From Candidatus Limnocylindrales bacterium (lineage in GTDB: Bacteria; Chloroflexota; Limnocylindria; Limnocylindrales; CSP1-4): a stretch of DNA of 64,000 bases. Below, in pieces: positions 29,894-38,689 of this stretch (the stretch's first letter is position 1; each line of letters begins with the position of its first letter). Both the position numbers and the translations under genes were made by a program. The notes below the pieces were generated by a model. That model worked only from the letters and a program-made list of their open reading frames with translations, had not been told where the DNA came from and made no database searches. The stretch is taken from contig JBBQDL010000001.1 of assembly GCA_038319665.1 (NCBI GenBank), forward strand, positions 28,227 to 92,226. The letters are read 5' to 3'.

Positions 29894-29996
29894 CCACCGG
29901 CACGAGGCATATGCTCTCATGCCCGGCCGTCCGACCGTTATCGGCGGCGGTCCGTCCTTCGACCCTTGTGAGCCCGTCCGACGATCTGCAGGCGCG

Positions 29997-30311
29997 TCAG
30001 CGAGCCCCGGCGATCGGGTCGAGATCGATCGTCCGGACGCGCCGGGTGGCGCCAGCATCGGTCCGGACGCTGGCCGCCGGGATCACGCCCGCGACCAGCT
30101 GCTCGATGGTGGCCTCCTCGCCCGCGTACAGTCCGGTCCCGTTGATCCGGACCCGGCCGCCGACCGCGAGGTTGGCGCGTCCAGCGGTCGCGGTGAGATC
30201 GATCGAGACGAGGTTGGGTCGGACCATCGCGACCTCAGGTCCGGCGCCGGCCCTCGGGGCACCCTTGGTATGGGTGCGCGCGACGGGATAGGTCACCTTG
30301 CGTCGCTTCAT
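29997..30311 (-). CDS. Hypothetical small protein (104 aa)
   Basis: A coherent, non-low-complexity sequence (VRPNLVSIDLTATAGRANLAVGGRVRINGTGLYAGEEATIEQL). Has a 4-nt overlap with the upstream ORF and lies in an operon position ahead of the aminotransferase. Confidence 0.45.
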   Translation of the reverse strand: MKRRKVTYPVARTHTKGAPRAGAGPEVAMVRPNLVSIDLTATAGRANLAVGGRVRINGTGLYAGEEATIEQLVAGVIPAASVRTDAGATRRVRTIDLDPIAGAR

Positions 30312-30634
30312 GCCTCCGGCTCGGTGCCGTCCCGGCCGGTGCCCAGTGCACCGCCGAGTGCGGCCGCGCCATGGACCGCGGACCAGGCGGTGACGGCGTC
30401 CGCGAGCGCCACCGAGTCGGGTCGGACGGCGAGCCGATCGTCCGTGCCGCGGATCTCCTGGCCTAGCTCGGCAAGGACGCCACGGTAGGCGGGCTTGTCG
30501 CCATTCGACCGGTCGGCGGTCGGGTAGACGTCGAAGTAGCCGTCGGTGCTGACGACGATGCGCGCCTCAGGCGGAGAGAAGGAGGTTCGAGCCATGGTGG
30601 AGGATCCGATCCATCGCGCGCTTCGGACCGACAA
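30308..30634 (-). CDS. Hypothetical small protein (about 95-108 aa)
   Basis: ARIVVSTDGYFDVYPTADRSNGDKPAYRGVLAELGQEIRG is not low-complexity. The start is ambiguous (ATG 30634 or the internal MARTSF). Confidence 0.4.
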   Translation of the reverse strand: MSVRSARWIGSSTMARTSFSPPEARIVVSTDGYFDVYPTADRSNGDKPAYRGVLAELGQEIRGTDDRLAVRPDSVALADAVTAWSAVHGAAALGGALGTGRDGTEPEA

Positions 30635-30783
30635 GATGTGGGCCCGGCGCCTGCGACTGCGACCCCACCATCGGGCCGCGAGGCGATTCCGTCAAACGGC
30701 GCGGCGTCGGGGAGGGATCGACATGCCGTTGTCACGCGAACGAGCTCTTCCGGTCCAACGGGTTCGTAGGCGGCGAATCCGCC

Positions 30784-31428
30784 TCAGCGGAACAACAGAC
30801 GATCCAGGGTGTCGCCGTACCATCGCTCGAACCGGGCTTGGCTCCAGCCACGGTCCACGACGAGGAGCTGGAAGGTCTGGGGGCTTCCGACCGCATAGAG
30901 GATGTCGGTGGCAGTGGCAAGATCCAGGCCCACGCGCAGACCGTCCGCGCCGACGACGATCTGCAGCAGTTCGTGCTGACCGGCGAAGCGCTGGGCGATG
31001 CCGAGGTCCCGAAGGGCGGCGATCTCGGGATCCGCCGAGGCAGCGCCGCGGACCACCTCGTCGATGCCGGCCCGCCGCTCCAGGATCGCGCTCCCGCGGG
31101 CCGCCAGGATCCGCACTCTACGGTGGAGATCGGGCTCCTGGCGCATCTCGCGGACCCAGTCCTGTTCAAGGACGGGAGGGGCGGCTTCGCCACCCGAGAT
31201 CGATACGTCGACCAGCTCGGACAGCAGCGAGCGTTTGTTGCCGAACGCCGAATACACCGTCTCGGGCGAGACGTCGGCGCGTTCGGCGATCGCGTCGATC
31301 GTGGTGGCGACATACCCGCGCTCGACGAAGAGGCTGCTGGCCGCATCGAGCACTCGCGATCGCGTGGCTCCTGCCCGTTCCCGCCGCCGGACGTAATCGG
31401 GCCTGGTGCCCTTGACAGGCTTCGGCAT
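30784..31428 (-). CDS. TetR/AcrR-family transcriptional regulator
   Basis: N-terminal HTH RSRVLDAASSLFVERGYVATTIDAIAERADVSPETVYSAFGNKRSLL, about 214 aa. Confidence 0.85.
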   Translation of the reverse strand: MPKPVKGTRPDYVRRRERAGATRSRVLDAASSLFVERGYVATTIDAIAERADVSPETVYSAFGNKRSLLSELVDVSISGGEAAPPVLEQDWVREMRQEPDLHRRVRILAARGSAILERRAGIDEVVRGAASADPEIAALRDLGIAQRFAGQHELLQIVVGADGLRVGLDLATATDILYAVGSPQTFQLLVVDRGWSQARFERWYGDTLDRLLFR

Positions 31429-31432
31429 GTGG

Positions 31433-31468
31433 GTACAGTATCACCGTATTGATACAGTGTCACTGTAG
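31433..31468. promoter_or_regulatory. Putative TetR operator: nested inverted repeats in the 66-nt tetR/small-ORF divergent region
   Basis: TACAGTATCA-ccgtatt-TGATACAGTGTCACTGTA. It contains the inverted repeat GTATCA/TGATAC, the 11-bp palindrome CAGTGTCACTG, and outer TACAGT/ACTGTA arms. It is the most AT-rich stretch in the region. Confidence 0.4.
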
Positions 31469-31494
31469 TCACCGGCCAAGGCCGGAAGGAGTCG

Positions 31495-31788
31495 ATGGTG
31501 CCCCTCGTCCAACTCGAGCACCCTATCCGCGATTTCGAGACATGGAAAGCCGCGTTCGACCGCGACCCTGTCCATCGCGAAGCGTCAGGCGTGCGGCGAT
31601 ATCGGATCTACCGCCCGGTCGAGGACGCCAACTACATCGCTGTCGACCTCGAATTCGATGATCTAGAGCGGGCCGAAGCCTTCAAGCTCGCGCTCGAGGC
31701 GCTTTGGCTGTCGCCGCAGGCCGCGCCGGCCCTGGGCGGTCAGACGCAGGTTCGCATCGTGGACCTCGTCGAGACGAGGTCGTACTGA
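31495..31788 (+). CDS. Hypothetical small protein (97 aa), divergent from tetR
   Basis: SD GGAAGGAG lies 4 nt before the ATG. The sequence (ETWKAAFDRDPVHREASGVRRYRIYRPVEDANYIAVDLEFDDLERAEAFK) suggests a stress-responsive alpha/beta-barrel-type protein. Confidence 0.5.
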   Translation: MVPLVQLEHPIRDFETWKAAFDRDPVHREASGVRRYRIYRPVEDANYIAVDLEFDDLERAEAFKLALEALWLSPQAAPALGGQTQVRIVDLVETRSY

Positions 31789-31890
31789 CACTGCGCCGGG
31801 CCGACTCGCATCGCGGCGATTGACTTCGAGGACCATCGTGGGACGATGCCATCGTTGATCTGATCCGGAAGTTGGCTGGAGGCGTCGGCG

Positions 31891-32211
31891 ATGGCGAAGT
31901 ACCTGTTCCACGGGTCGTACACGGAGTCGGGGATCAAGGGAGTCCTGAAAGACGGTGGGACGGGACGCCGCAAGGCGGTCGACGCCTTGGCCAAGAGCCT
32001 GGGCGGGACGGTCGAGTCGATGTACTGGGCCTTCGGCAAGGACGACTTCTACGTGATCGCCGACCTGCCGAGCCATGCTGCGGCAGCAGCCTTGGCCGCC
32101 ACGACGGGCGCGAGCGGCAGCGTATCGATCAGCACGGTCGTCCTGCTCACCGCCGACGATATCGACGCCTCGGTCCGCTTGCATCCGGAGTACAGCAAGC
32201 CGGGGTCCTGA
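31891..32211 (+). CDS. GYD-domain protein
   Basis: MAKYLFHGSYTESGIKGVLKDGGTGRRKAVDALAKSLGGTVESMYWAFGKDDFYVIADLP is the GYD-family signature. Confidence 0.7.
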   Translation: MAKYLFHGSYTESGIKGVLKDGGTGRRKAVDALAKSLGGTVESMYWAFGKDDFYVIADLPSHAAAAALAATTGASGSVSISTVVLLTADDIDASVRLHPEYSKPGS

Positions 32212-32229
32212 CCGAGCCGGGCTTCCTGG

Positions 32230-33744
32230 TCACGGCCCGGCGTCGCGCTTCTCGGTGTCGGCGAGCTTCCTGCGGTTGGTCTCGCGGGTCTTCATGAGGC
32301 CGTCGCCCGCGTGGTGCGTGACCTCAGGCGCCGGGGTGCGCGAGCGCGGCGTCTTGCCTGACGCCTTCGCCGTCGCGCGGGCTTCGGATCGCGAGGTCAT
32401 CCGGGCGGCGATGGTCGCCTCGTAGCCCTGGTCGGTAGGGAGGTAGTAGCGGCGCGCCGCGATGTCATCGGGCAGGTACTGCTGCTCGATGTCCGCGCCT
32501 TCGTAGTCGTGCGAGTAGCGATAGCCGACGCCGATTCCGTGCTGCTTCATCCCGCGATGCGCGGCGTTACGCAGGTGGAGCGGAACGGGCAGGGCACCCA
32601 TCGCCTCGACGTCCGACACCGCCGCCCAGTAGGCGGCGCCGGAGCGGTTCGACTTCGGCGCCGTCGCGATGTAGGTGGTCGCCTGCGCCAGCGCGTATTG
32701 CGCTTCGGGGAGCCCGATCCAGTCGAGCGCCTGGCCGGCCGCGACCGCCACCGACAGAGCGCGTGGGTCCGCGTTCCCGACGTCCTCCGACGCGCTGATG
32801 ATGAGCCGGCGGGCGATGAACTTCGGGTCCTCGCCGGCCGCGATCATGGCCGCGAGCCAGTAGAGCGCGGCGTCGGGATCGTTGCCGCGCAGGCTCTTGA
32901 TGAACGCTGAAACGGTGTCGTAGTGGCCGTCGCCGGCTCGGTCGTAGGCGAGGACGCGTTCCTGCGCTGCGGTCTCGACGTCCTCGAGGCGGGGGCTGAC
33001 CCGCCCTTCGGCGTCGCGGATCTCCTCGGATTCGGCGAGTGCGGTCGCGCCTTCGAGGACGTTGAGCGCCGCCCGGGCGTCGCCGCCGGCCAGCGAGACG
33101 AGGTGGTCGAAGGCATCGTCGGTCAGCGCCACGCCACCTTGCGGACCGAGCGGCCCAGCCAGACCGCGCTCCTCGTCGGTCAGCGCGCGACGGACGACCG
33201 CCCCGACCTCGTCATCGATCAACGGCTCGAGGCGCCAGACGCGCATCCGTGACAGGAGCGCGGCGTTGACCTCGAAATAGGGGTTCTCGGTGGTCGCCCC
33301 GATGAGGGTGACGGTTCCGTCCTCGACGTGCGGGAGGAGCGCGTCCTGCTGAGCCTTGTTGAAACGATGGATCTCGTCGAGGAAGAGGAGGCTTCGGGTG
33401 CCGTGCAGGTTCAGGCGTTCCTGGGCCTCGGCGATGGTCGCTCGGACCTCGACGACGCCCGACATGACCGCCGACAGCGTGGTGAAATGCGCCCCGATCT
33501 CCGCCGCGAGCAGTCGTGCGAGGCTGGTCTTGCCCGTGCCCGGCGGGCCCCACAGCAGGAGCGAGGAGAGGTGCCCGCGGGCGACGCTCCGTCGCAGTGG
33601 ACCGCGTTCGCCGACGAGATGCTCCTGACCGACGAACTCGCCCAGGTCACGCGGCCGCATCCGTGCGGCGAGCGGCTGACGCTCGGGCGGGGGATGGAAG
33701 AGGGCCTCGGGTCGGGCACCGGTCGGCCGCCGCGCGGATGGCAT
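32230..33744 (-). CDS. rarA: Replication-associated recombination protein A (AAA+ ATPase RarA/MgsA)
   Basis: N-terminus LAARMRPRDLGEFVGQEHLVG, Walker A LLWGPPGTGKTSLARLLA, Walker B LLFLDEIHRFNK, and the C-terminal MgsA domain. Confidence 0.9.
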   Translation of the reverse strand: MPSARRPTGARPEALFHPPPERQPLAARMRPRDLGEFVGQEHLVGERGPLRRSVARGHLSSLLLWGPPGTGKTSLARLLAAEIGAHFTTLSAVMSGVVEVRATIAEAQERLNLHGTRSLLFLDEIHRFNKAQQDALLPHVEDGTVTLIGATTENPYFEVNAALLSRMRVWRLEPLIDDEVGAVVRRALTDEERGLAGPLGPQGGVALTDDAFDHLVSLAGGDARAALNVLEGATALAESEEIRDAEGRVSPRLEDVETAAQERVLAYDRAGDGHYDTVSAFIKSLRGNDPDAALYWLAAMIAAGEDPKFIARRLIISASEDVGNADPRALSVAVAAGQALDWIGLPEAQYALAQATTYIATAPKSNRSGAAYWAAVSDVEAMGALPVPLHLRNAAHRGMKQHGIGVGYRYSHDYEGADIEQQYLPDDIAARRYYLPTDQGYEATIAARMTSRSEARATAKASGKTPRSRTPAPEVTHHAGDGLMKTRETNRRKLADTEKRDAGP

Positions 33745-33768
33745 GGGGCGATGGTAGCCCGATGGGAT

Positions 33769-34167
33769 CTAGAGCGGACCCAGCCCCAGGATGTGCGAGA
33801 GCGCCCAGATGCCGATGAGGATCGCGACCAGCGAACCGCCGACGATCGAGATCCTGCGAACGTCACGCGCGACGTATCGGTATTCCTCGGAGGTGGACAG
33901 CGTCAGGGACGAGACGCGGGGCGCCTCGGTCGTGACGGGTCGAGCGCGACGCTTGGCGGCCTCGGCCTCGCGTTCCTCCGCCACGATCGCCGCCTCGAGT
34001 TGGGCCGCGCGGGCCTCCTCGGCGTCGGTCAGGTCCTCCGACCGTGGCGCGATGGGTGCCGCGCTCGCCGCAGGCGCGGCCGGTCGGGTGGTCGCACGCG
34101 CGGCCTGACGCTGGAGGGGCGGGCGCTGTCCCGGTCGGGACGTGCTGCCTCGAGCTCGCTTGGCCAT
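33769..34167 (-). CDS. Hypothetical basic, Ala-rich protein with a C-terminal TM helix
   Basis: An ATG at 34167 (MAKRARGS...) opens a coiled-coil-like Ala/Glu region that ends in IVGGSLVAILIGIWALSHILGL. It sits immediately upstream of rarA on the same strand. Confidence 0.4.
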   Translation of the reverse strand: MAKRARGSTSRPGQRPPLQRQAARATTRPAAPAASAAPIAPRSEDLTDAEEARAAQLEAAIVAEEREAEAAKRRARPVTTEAPRVSSLTLSTSEEYRYVARDVRRISIVGGSLVAILIGIWALSHILGLGPL

Positions 34168-34318
34168 GGTCTGGCGGGGGCCTCCATCGATGGATGGGCT
34201 CGACACGGACGCAGCGTGGCATCCGGGCCACCGACGGCAGAGGATAGCACCCCGTCTGGTACGGCCGCGGTAAGGGGGCACTGCTAGACTCGGGCCGCCC
34301 CATCGGAGGACCCCTCGG

Positions 34319-34810
34319 ATCGACCTCGACGCGCTCGTCCAGCCCTATCTCGGCCCGCTCATCGTCGGGCTGTTCGCCGCGCTGGCCGTCCTCCTCCTCT
34401 TGATCCTCCTGCTCTGGCGCCGGACCCGAATGACCGATTCCCGCCTGCGCGGGCTGACCCGTGGTGCCGAGGGCGCGAGCCTCGAGGCGGTCCTCGATGC
34501 CCACCTCGACAAGGTCTTCGCGGTCGCTGGTGAGCTCGACGACCTGGCCGCCCGGGTGACCGCCTTCGAGGGCGCCCAGCGCAAGGCGTTCCAGCGTGTC
34601 GGCCTCGTCCGCTACAACCCGTTCGAGGAGACCGGCGGCAACCAGAGCTTTGCGCTTGCACTGCTGGACGCGTCCGGCGACGGCTGGGTGCTCTCGAGCC
34701 TGCACGCCCGCACAGGGACGCGCGTCTACGCCCAGGCGATCCAGGCCGGCAAGGCCGACGTGGCGCTGTCCGAGGAAGAGACAGCCTCCATCACCCGGGC
34801 GATGGCCTGA
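34319..34810 (+). CDS. DUF4446-family protein; start uncertain (ATC at 34319, CTG at 34370, or TTG at 34400)
   Basis: DUF4446 core VGLVRYNPFEETGGNQSFALALLDASGDGWVLSSL. The reading frame is open from 34274 and encodes the expected N-terminal TM helix LGPLIVGLFAALAVLLLLILLLW, which lies upstream of the first canonical start (TTG at 34400). GGAGGA at 34305-34310 lies 8 nt before the ATC at 34319. Confidence 0.6.
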   Translation: MDLDALVQPYLGPLIVGLFAALAVLLLLILLLWRRTRMTDSRLRGLTRGAEGASLEAVLDAHLDKVFAVAGELDDLAARVTAFEGAQRKAFQRVGLVRYNPFEETGGNQSFALALLDASGDGWVLSSLHARTGTRVYAQAIQAGKADVALSEEETASITRAMA

Positions 34811-34964
34811 CAGGCTAGGTGTCACGGCAGCCCGCGATGCTCCGCATGTGCCCCCTTCGACATCGACGACGCCGCCACCGAAGACCGTAGTGCGCCCCCG
34901 GACCCGAGGGCGGCGCGAACCGACGCCTCTCGACCAGTTGCCGGCCTGGCGCGAGCTGGTCCCG

Positions 34965-37900
34965 ATGATGGACCCGGTGGTGGCGAGCCCGCCGGGGTCC
35001 GGACTCGAGGCGCTGCTCGGCGGTCTCAATCCGGAGCAGCTCCGCGCGGTCACGCATGGGACCGGGCCCCTGCTCGTCGTCGCCGGGGCGGGGACCGGCA
35101 AGACCCAGGTCATCACCCGGCGGATCGCATGGCTGATCACGACTCGCCGTGCCAAACCCTCCGAGATCCTGGCGCTGACCTTCACCGACAAGGCCGCTGA
35201 AGAGATGGCGGTCCGCGTCGACCAGCTCGTCCCATATGGCTATACCGATACCGCGATCTCCACCTTCCACGCCTTCGGCGACAGCCTCATCCGCGAATAC
35301 GCCCTCGAGCTGGGATTGCCGACCGACCTCCGTGTCCTCACCCGGGCCGAGGTCGTGATCTTCCTCCGCGAGCACCTGTTCGAATTCGAGCTTGACGCGT
35401 ACCGTCCGCTCGGCGACCCGACCCGCTTCCTTGCGGCGCTCGCGACGCTCTTCTCGCGCTGCAAGGACGAGGACATCTCGCCCGCCGACTACCTCGCCCA
35501 CGCCGACCGGGTCGCGATCGACGCCGCACTTCTGGCCGAAGCTGCGGCCGCGGGCGATGGCGCGACCGCGACGGCCGCAGCGGGCGACGCGGCGCTCGAG
35601 GACGCCCGGCGGCAGACCGAGCTCGCCCGCGCGTATGGCACGTACCAGGCCCTCCTTGCGACCAATGGCTGTATCGACTTCGGCGACCAGGTCGCCCTGG
35701 CGCTGCGGCTCGTCCGGACGTCGCCCGCCGCCCGGGCGGCAATCGCCGGCCGCTTCCGGTTCATCCTCGTGGACGAGTTCCAGGACACCAACCGGGCCCA
35801 GGCTGAACTGGTCGCGGCGCTCGGCGACGGGCATCGCAACGTCACGGTCGTGGGCGACGACGACCAGGCGATCTATGCGTTCCGAGGCGCGGCGGTCGAC
35901 AATATCCTGGCCTTCCAGGATCGCTACCTCGGGGCACGGACCGTCGTCCTGCGACGCAACTACCGGTCGTTCGCCCCGATCCTTGACGCCGCCTACCGGC
36001 TCGTTCGGTTCAACGACCCGGACCGCCTCGAGGTCCGGACCGGGATCGTCAAGCGGCTGCGCCCCGAGCGGGTCATCCCGACGCCGGCCCCGGTCCGTCT
36101 CGAGGTCTTCGCCACCGGTTCGGAGGAGGCCGATTGGATCGCCGCCGAGATCGGCCTCCGCCTGGCGGACGGCGCTTCGCCGCGAGACCACGCAGTCCTC
36201 GTCCGGGCGAACGGCCACGCCGATCCGATCCTGCGGGCGCTCAACATGGCCGGCATCCCGTGGCGCTTCTCCGGGACGTCGGGCCTCTACGCGCGACCCG
36301 AGGTCCGCGTCCTGCTCGCGTTCCTGCGGGTCGCCGCCGACCTCGAATCGAGCGTCGATCTCTATGCGCTCGCCGCGTCCGAGGCCTACGCGCTCGGCGG
36401 CGAGGACCTGACGGCGATCGTGAACATGGCGCGCCGGCGCAACCGCTCGGTGTGGGCCGTGATGGAGGAGCTCGACCGCCAGCCGGGGATCCTCCGGGTC
36501 GGACCCGAGACGCGCGCCACGGTCCGGGCGCTCGTCGGGGACCTGCGTGGCTACGCCGAGGCGGCCCACGAGCAGCCGGCCGGTGAGCTGCTGTATCGGT
36601 TCCTGCGCGGGAGCGGGATACTTGCCCGTCTCGTCGGCACTGACACGCCGGCGGCCCAGGAGCAGCTCCAGAACATCGCCCGCTTCTTCGAGATCGTCCG
36701 CTCACAGTCGGCGCTGCTCGCCGACGACCGCGCCATCTTCGTGGCGCCGCACCTGGCGACGCTCATCGAGGCCGGTGACGATCCCGCCACCGCAGAACTC
36801 GATCCGGACGCGGACGCGGTCGCGGTGCTCACCATCCACAAGGCCAAGGGTCTCGAGTTCCCTGTCGTCTTCCTGCCCGGGATGGTCGCCGGCCGGTTCC
36901 CGTCCGGCGGACGGGGCGACCCGCTGGCACTGCCGGCGGGGCTCGGCCGTGGGCTCCCGCCGACCTCGGAGGCGTCGCTCGCCGAGGAACGCCGGCTCTG
37001 CTACGTGGCGATGACCCGTGCCCGAGACGAACTCGTCCTCTCCCACGCCGCCGACTACGGCGGCGCGAGGGCTCGACGCGTCTCGCCCTTCGTCCTGGAG
37101 GCGCTCGACCTGCCGGCGGCGTCGGGCGTCCCGGGTGCCGGGGCGCGGACCAGCACCCCGCTGGACCGCCTGGCCACGTTCGAGGCGTCACGTGCCGCCG
37201 TCATCGCGCCGGAGGGTCCGATCACCGAGCCGCTCTCGCTGAGCTTCTACCAGATCGACGACTACCTGACGTGCCCGCTGAAGTACAAATACGCCCACGT
37301 CCTCCGGGTCCCACTCGCGCCGCATCACGCCATCGTCTACGGGGCGGCGCTGCACAAGGCCGTCCAGTTGTTCCATCACCATCACGCCAAGGGTCATGTG
37401 ATGAGCGAGACGGAACTGGACGAGGTGTTCGATTCCGCCTGGTCGAACGAGGGCTTCATGAGCCGCGACCACGAGGAAGCGCGACTGACCGCCGGGCGCG
37501 CGGCGCTGCGTCGCTTCCGGGAGGCCCAGCTCGAACCGGACGCGGTCATCCCGACTTATGTCGAACGCGAGTTCAGCTTCACGCTCGGTGGGGACCGGGT
37601 CCGCGGCCGCTGGGATCGGGTCGACGTCGTACCGCGCGAGGCCGGGAGCACGACGCCTGCGATCCGCGACGAGCCGAGCGCCGACGTCGTGGCGCCCACG
37701 CTCGAGATCCTCGGTCCGGAGCTGGTGACCATCACCGACTACAAGTCGTCCGATGTGCGTGACCCGGTCAAGGCGCGGCAGCGGGCCCGGGATTCGCTCC
37801 AGCTCCAGATCTACGCGATGGGTTACGAGGCGATGACCGGCCGGCTGCCGGACGCGATCGCGCTCCACTTCCTCGAATCGGGCCTGATCGGGAAGGTGGA

Positions 37901-38051
37901 TGTCGATCCGCGGCGGCTGGCAAAGGCGCGCGACAGGATCGCCGAGGCCGCGGCCGGGATGCGAGCCCGGGATTACGCGCCGCGTCCGAACTACATCGCA
38001 TGCACGTATTGCGCTTTCCGCGATATCTGTCCGGCCAGCGTGGCGCGATAG
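34965..38051 (+). CDS. UvrD/PcrA-type SF1 helicase fused to a C-terminal PD-(D/E)xK nuclease with a Cys cluster (AddB/AdnB-like)
   Basis: 1029 aa starting at the ATG at 34965 (MMDPVV). Motif I AGAGTGKT, motif II VDEFQDTN, and motif V/VI TIHKAKGLEF...VAMTRARDEL. The C-terminus carries ITDYKS...QLQIYA plus CTYCAFRDICP. Confidence 0.85.
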   Translation: MMDPVVASPPGSGLEALLGGLNPEQLRAVTHGTGPLLVVAGAGTGKTQVITRRIAWLITTRRAKPSEILALTFTDKAAEEMAVRVDQLVPYGYTDTAISTFHAFGDSLIREYALELGLPTDLRVLTRAEVVIFLREHLFEFELDAYRPLGDPTRFLAALATLFSRCKDEDISPADYLAHADRVAIDAALLAEAAAAGDGATATAAAGDAALEDARRQTELARAYGTYQALLATNGCIDFGDQVALALRLVRTSPAARAAIAGRFRFILVDEFQDTNRAQAELVAALGDGHRNVTVVGDDDQAIYAFRGAAVDNILAFQDRYLGARTVVLRRNYRSFAPILDAAYRLVRFNDPDRLEVRTGIVKRLRPERVIPTPAPVRLEVFATGSEEADWIAAEIGLRLADGASPRDHAVLVRANGHADPILRALNMAGIPWRFSGTSGLYARPEVRVLLAFLRVAADLESSVDLYALAASEAYALGGEDLTAIVNMARRRNRSVWAVMEELDRQPGILRVGPETRATVRALVGDLRGYAEAAHEQPAGELLYRFLRGSGILARLVGTDTPAAQEQLQNIARFFEIVRSQSALLADDRAIFVAPHLATLIEAGDDPATAELDPDADAVAVLTIHKAKGLEFPVVFLPGMVAGRFPSGGRGDPLALPAGLGRGLPPTSEASLAEERRLCYVAMTRARDELVLSHAADYGGARARRVSPFVLEALDLPAASGVPGAGARTSTPLDRLATFEASRAAVIAPEGPITEPLSLSFYQIDDYLTCPLKYKYAHVLRVPLAPHHAIVYGAALHKAVQLFHHHHAKGHVMSETELDEVFDSAWSNEGFMSRDHEEARLTAGRAALRRFREAQLEPDAVIPTYVEREFSFTLGGDRVRGRWDRVDVVPREAGSTTPAIRDEPSADVVAPTLEILGPELVTITDYKSSDVRDPVKARQRARDSLQLQIYAMGYEAMTGRLPDAIALHFLESGLIGKVDVDPRRLAKARDRIAEAAAGMRARDYAPRPNYIACTYCAFRDICPASVAR

Positions 38052-38144
38052 GGCATTCACCCGACTCGACGCGGCCCGATCCGTCACGCATCGTTCGCGA
38101 CCCTCCCCGGGGTCGCCGGGCGTGCTGCGGAGATCGAATCGCAA

Positions 38145-38591
38145 ATGGAGCACCTCGCGCGGCTGATCCGGCCCTGGGCCACGAGCGACGGGCCCGAGGC
38201 CCTAGACTCGATGGTCATGGAGCCACGCGACCGCTCGGCCAACCTCGGCTTCTTCGCAGCCGCCGCGGTCGTCTGGATCCTCGTCGGCCTGGTGGTGACG
38301 ACGCGCGATCCCGTGGTCGATCGGACCGCCGGCTTCCTCGGGGCCGCCCTGATGGGTCTGGCCGTCGCGCTTTCGCTCATCCCGATCATCTGGCTGACCG
38401 TGTTCGGACGGCATCGCCAGATCGCGTACCGGGGCGATTGGCCGCGCGCCATCCGGCGGGGGGCCTGGGTCGGGATCATCGTCGCGGTCCTCGTCATCCT
38501 GCGGCTCCAGGGCCTCCTCGAGCTGCCGATCGCGCTGTTCATGATCGCCCTCGCGCTGGTGGCCGAAGCTACGCTCTCCGCGGAGCGCTGA
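38145..38591 (+). CDS. Hypothetical membrane protein (about 4 TM helices)
   Basis: Hydrophobic segments FFAAAAVVWILVGLVV, FLGAALMGLAVALSLIPIIWL, AWVGIIVAVLVIL and IALFMIALALVA. I recognise no family. Confidence 0.45.
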   Translation: MEHLARLIRPWATSDGPEALDSMVMEPRDRSANLGFFAAAAVVWILVGLVVTTRDPVVDRTAGFLGAALMGLAVALSLIPIIWLTVFGRHRQIAYRGDWPRAIRRGAWVGIIVAVLVILRLQGLLELPIALFMIALALVAEATLSAER

Positions 38592-38689
38592 CCGCTCTTC
38601 GACCCGCAGGGCACGCCCCCCGACGCGTGACTCCAGCTCGGGAGGCGTTAGGCTGTCGCATCCCACGCCAGGACCCAGCAGGAGGCCGC

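Noticed and set aside
27141-29971. Plus-strand ORFs 27141..27953, 28080..28883 and 28844..29971, and minus ORF 28917..29903, across serA and the aminotransferase
   Set aside because: They are opposite-strand or alternate-frame artefacts. serA and the class V aminotransferase frames carry the diagnostic motifs.
34596-34964. N-terminal 123 aa of the 1151-aa track ORF for the helicase
   Set aside because: It overlaps the DUF4446 CDS in another frame with an Arg/Pro/Thr-rich sequence. The helicase N-terminus (MMDPVV...LNPEQL) begins at 34965.
33328-36569. 319-aa plus ORF (33328..34287), 442-aa minus ORF (33863..35191), 584-aa minus ORF (34815..36569) and 339-aa plus ORF (35392..36411)
   Set aside because: They overlap rarA, DUF4446 or the helicase-nuclease in the wrong frame or strand, and give low-complexity translations.
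38000-38689. 5' extension of the 631-aa track ORF leading into the M20 amidohydrolase
   Set aside because: It overlaps the small membrane-protein gene in another frame and has RG-rich composition. GTG 38690 with GGAGG gives a normal-length M20 protein.
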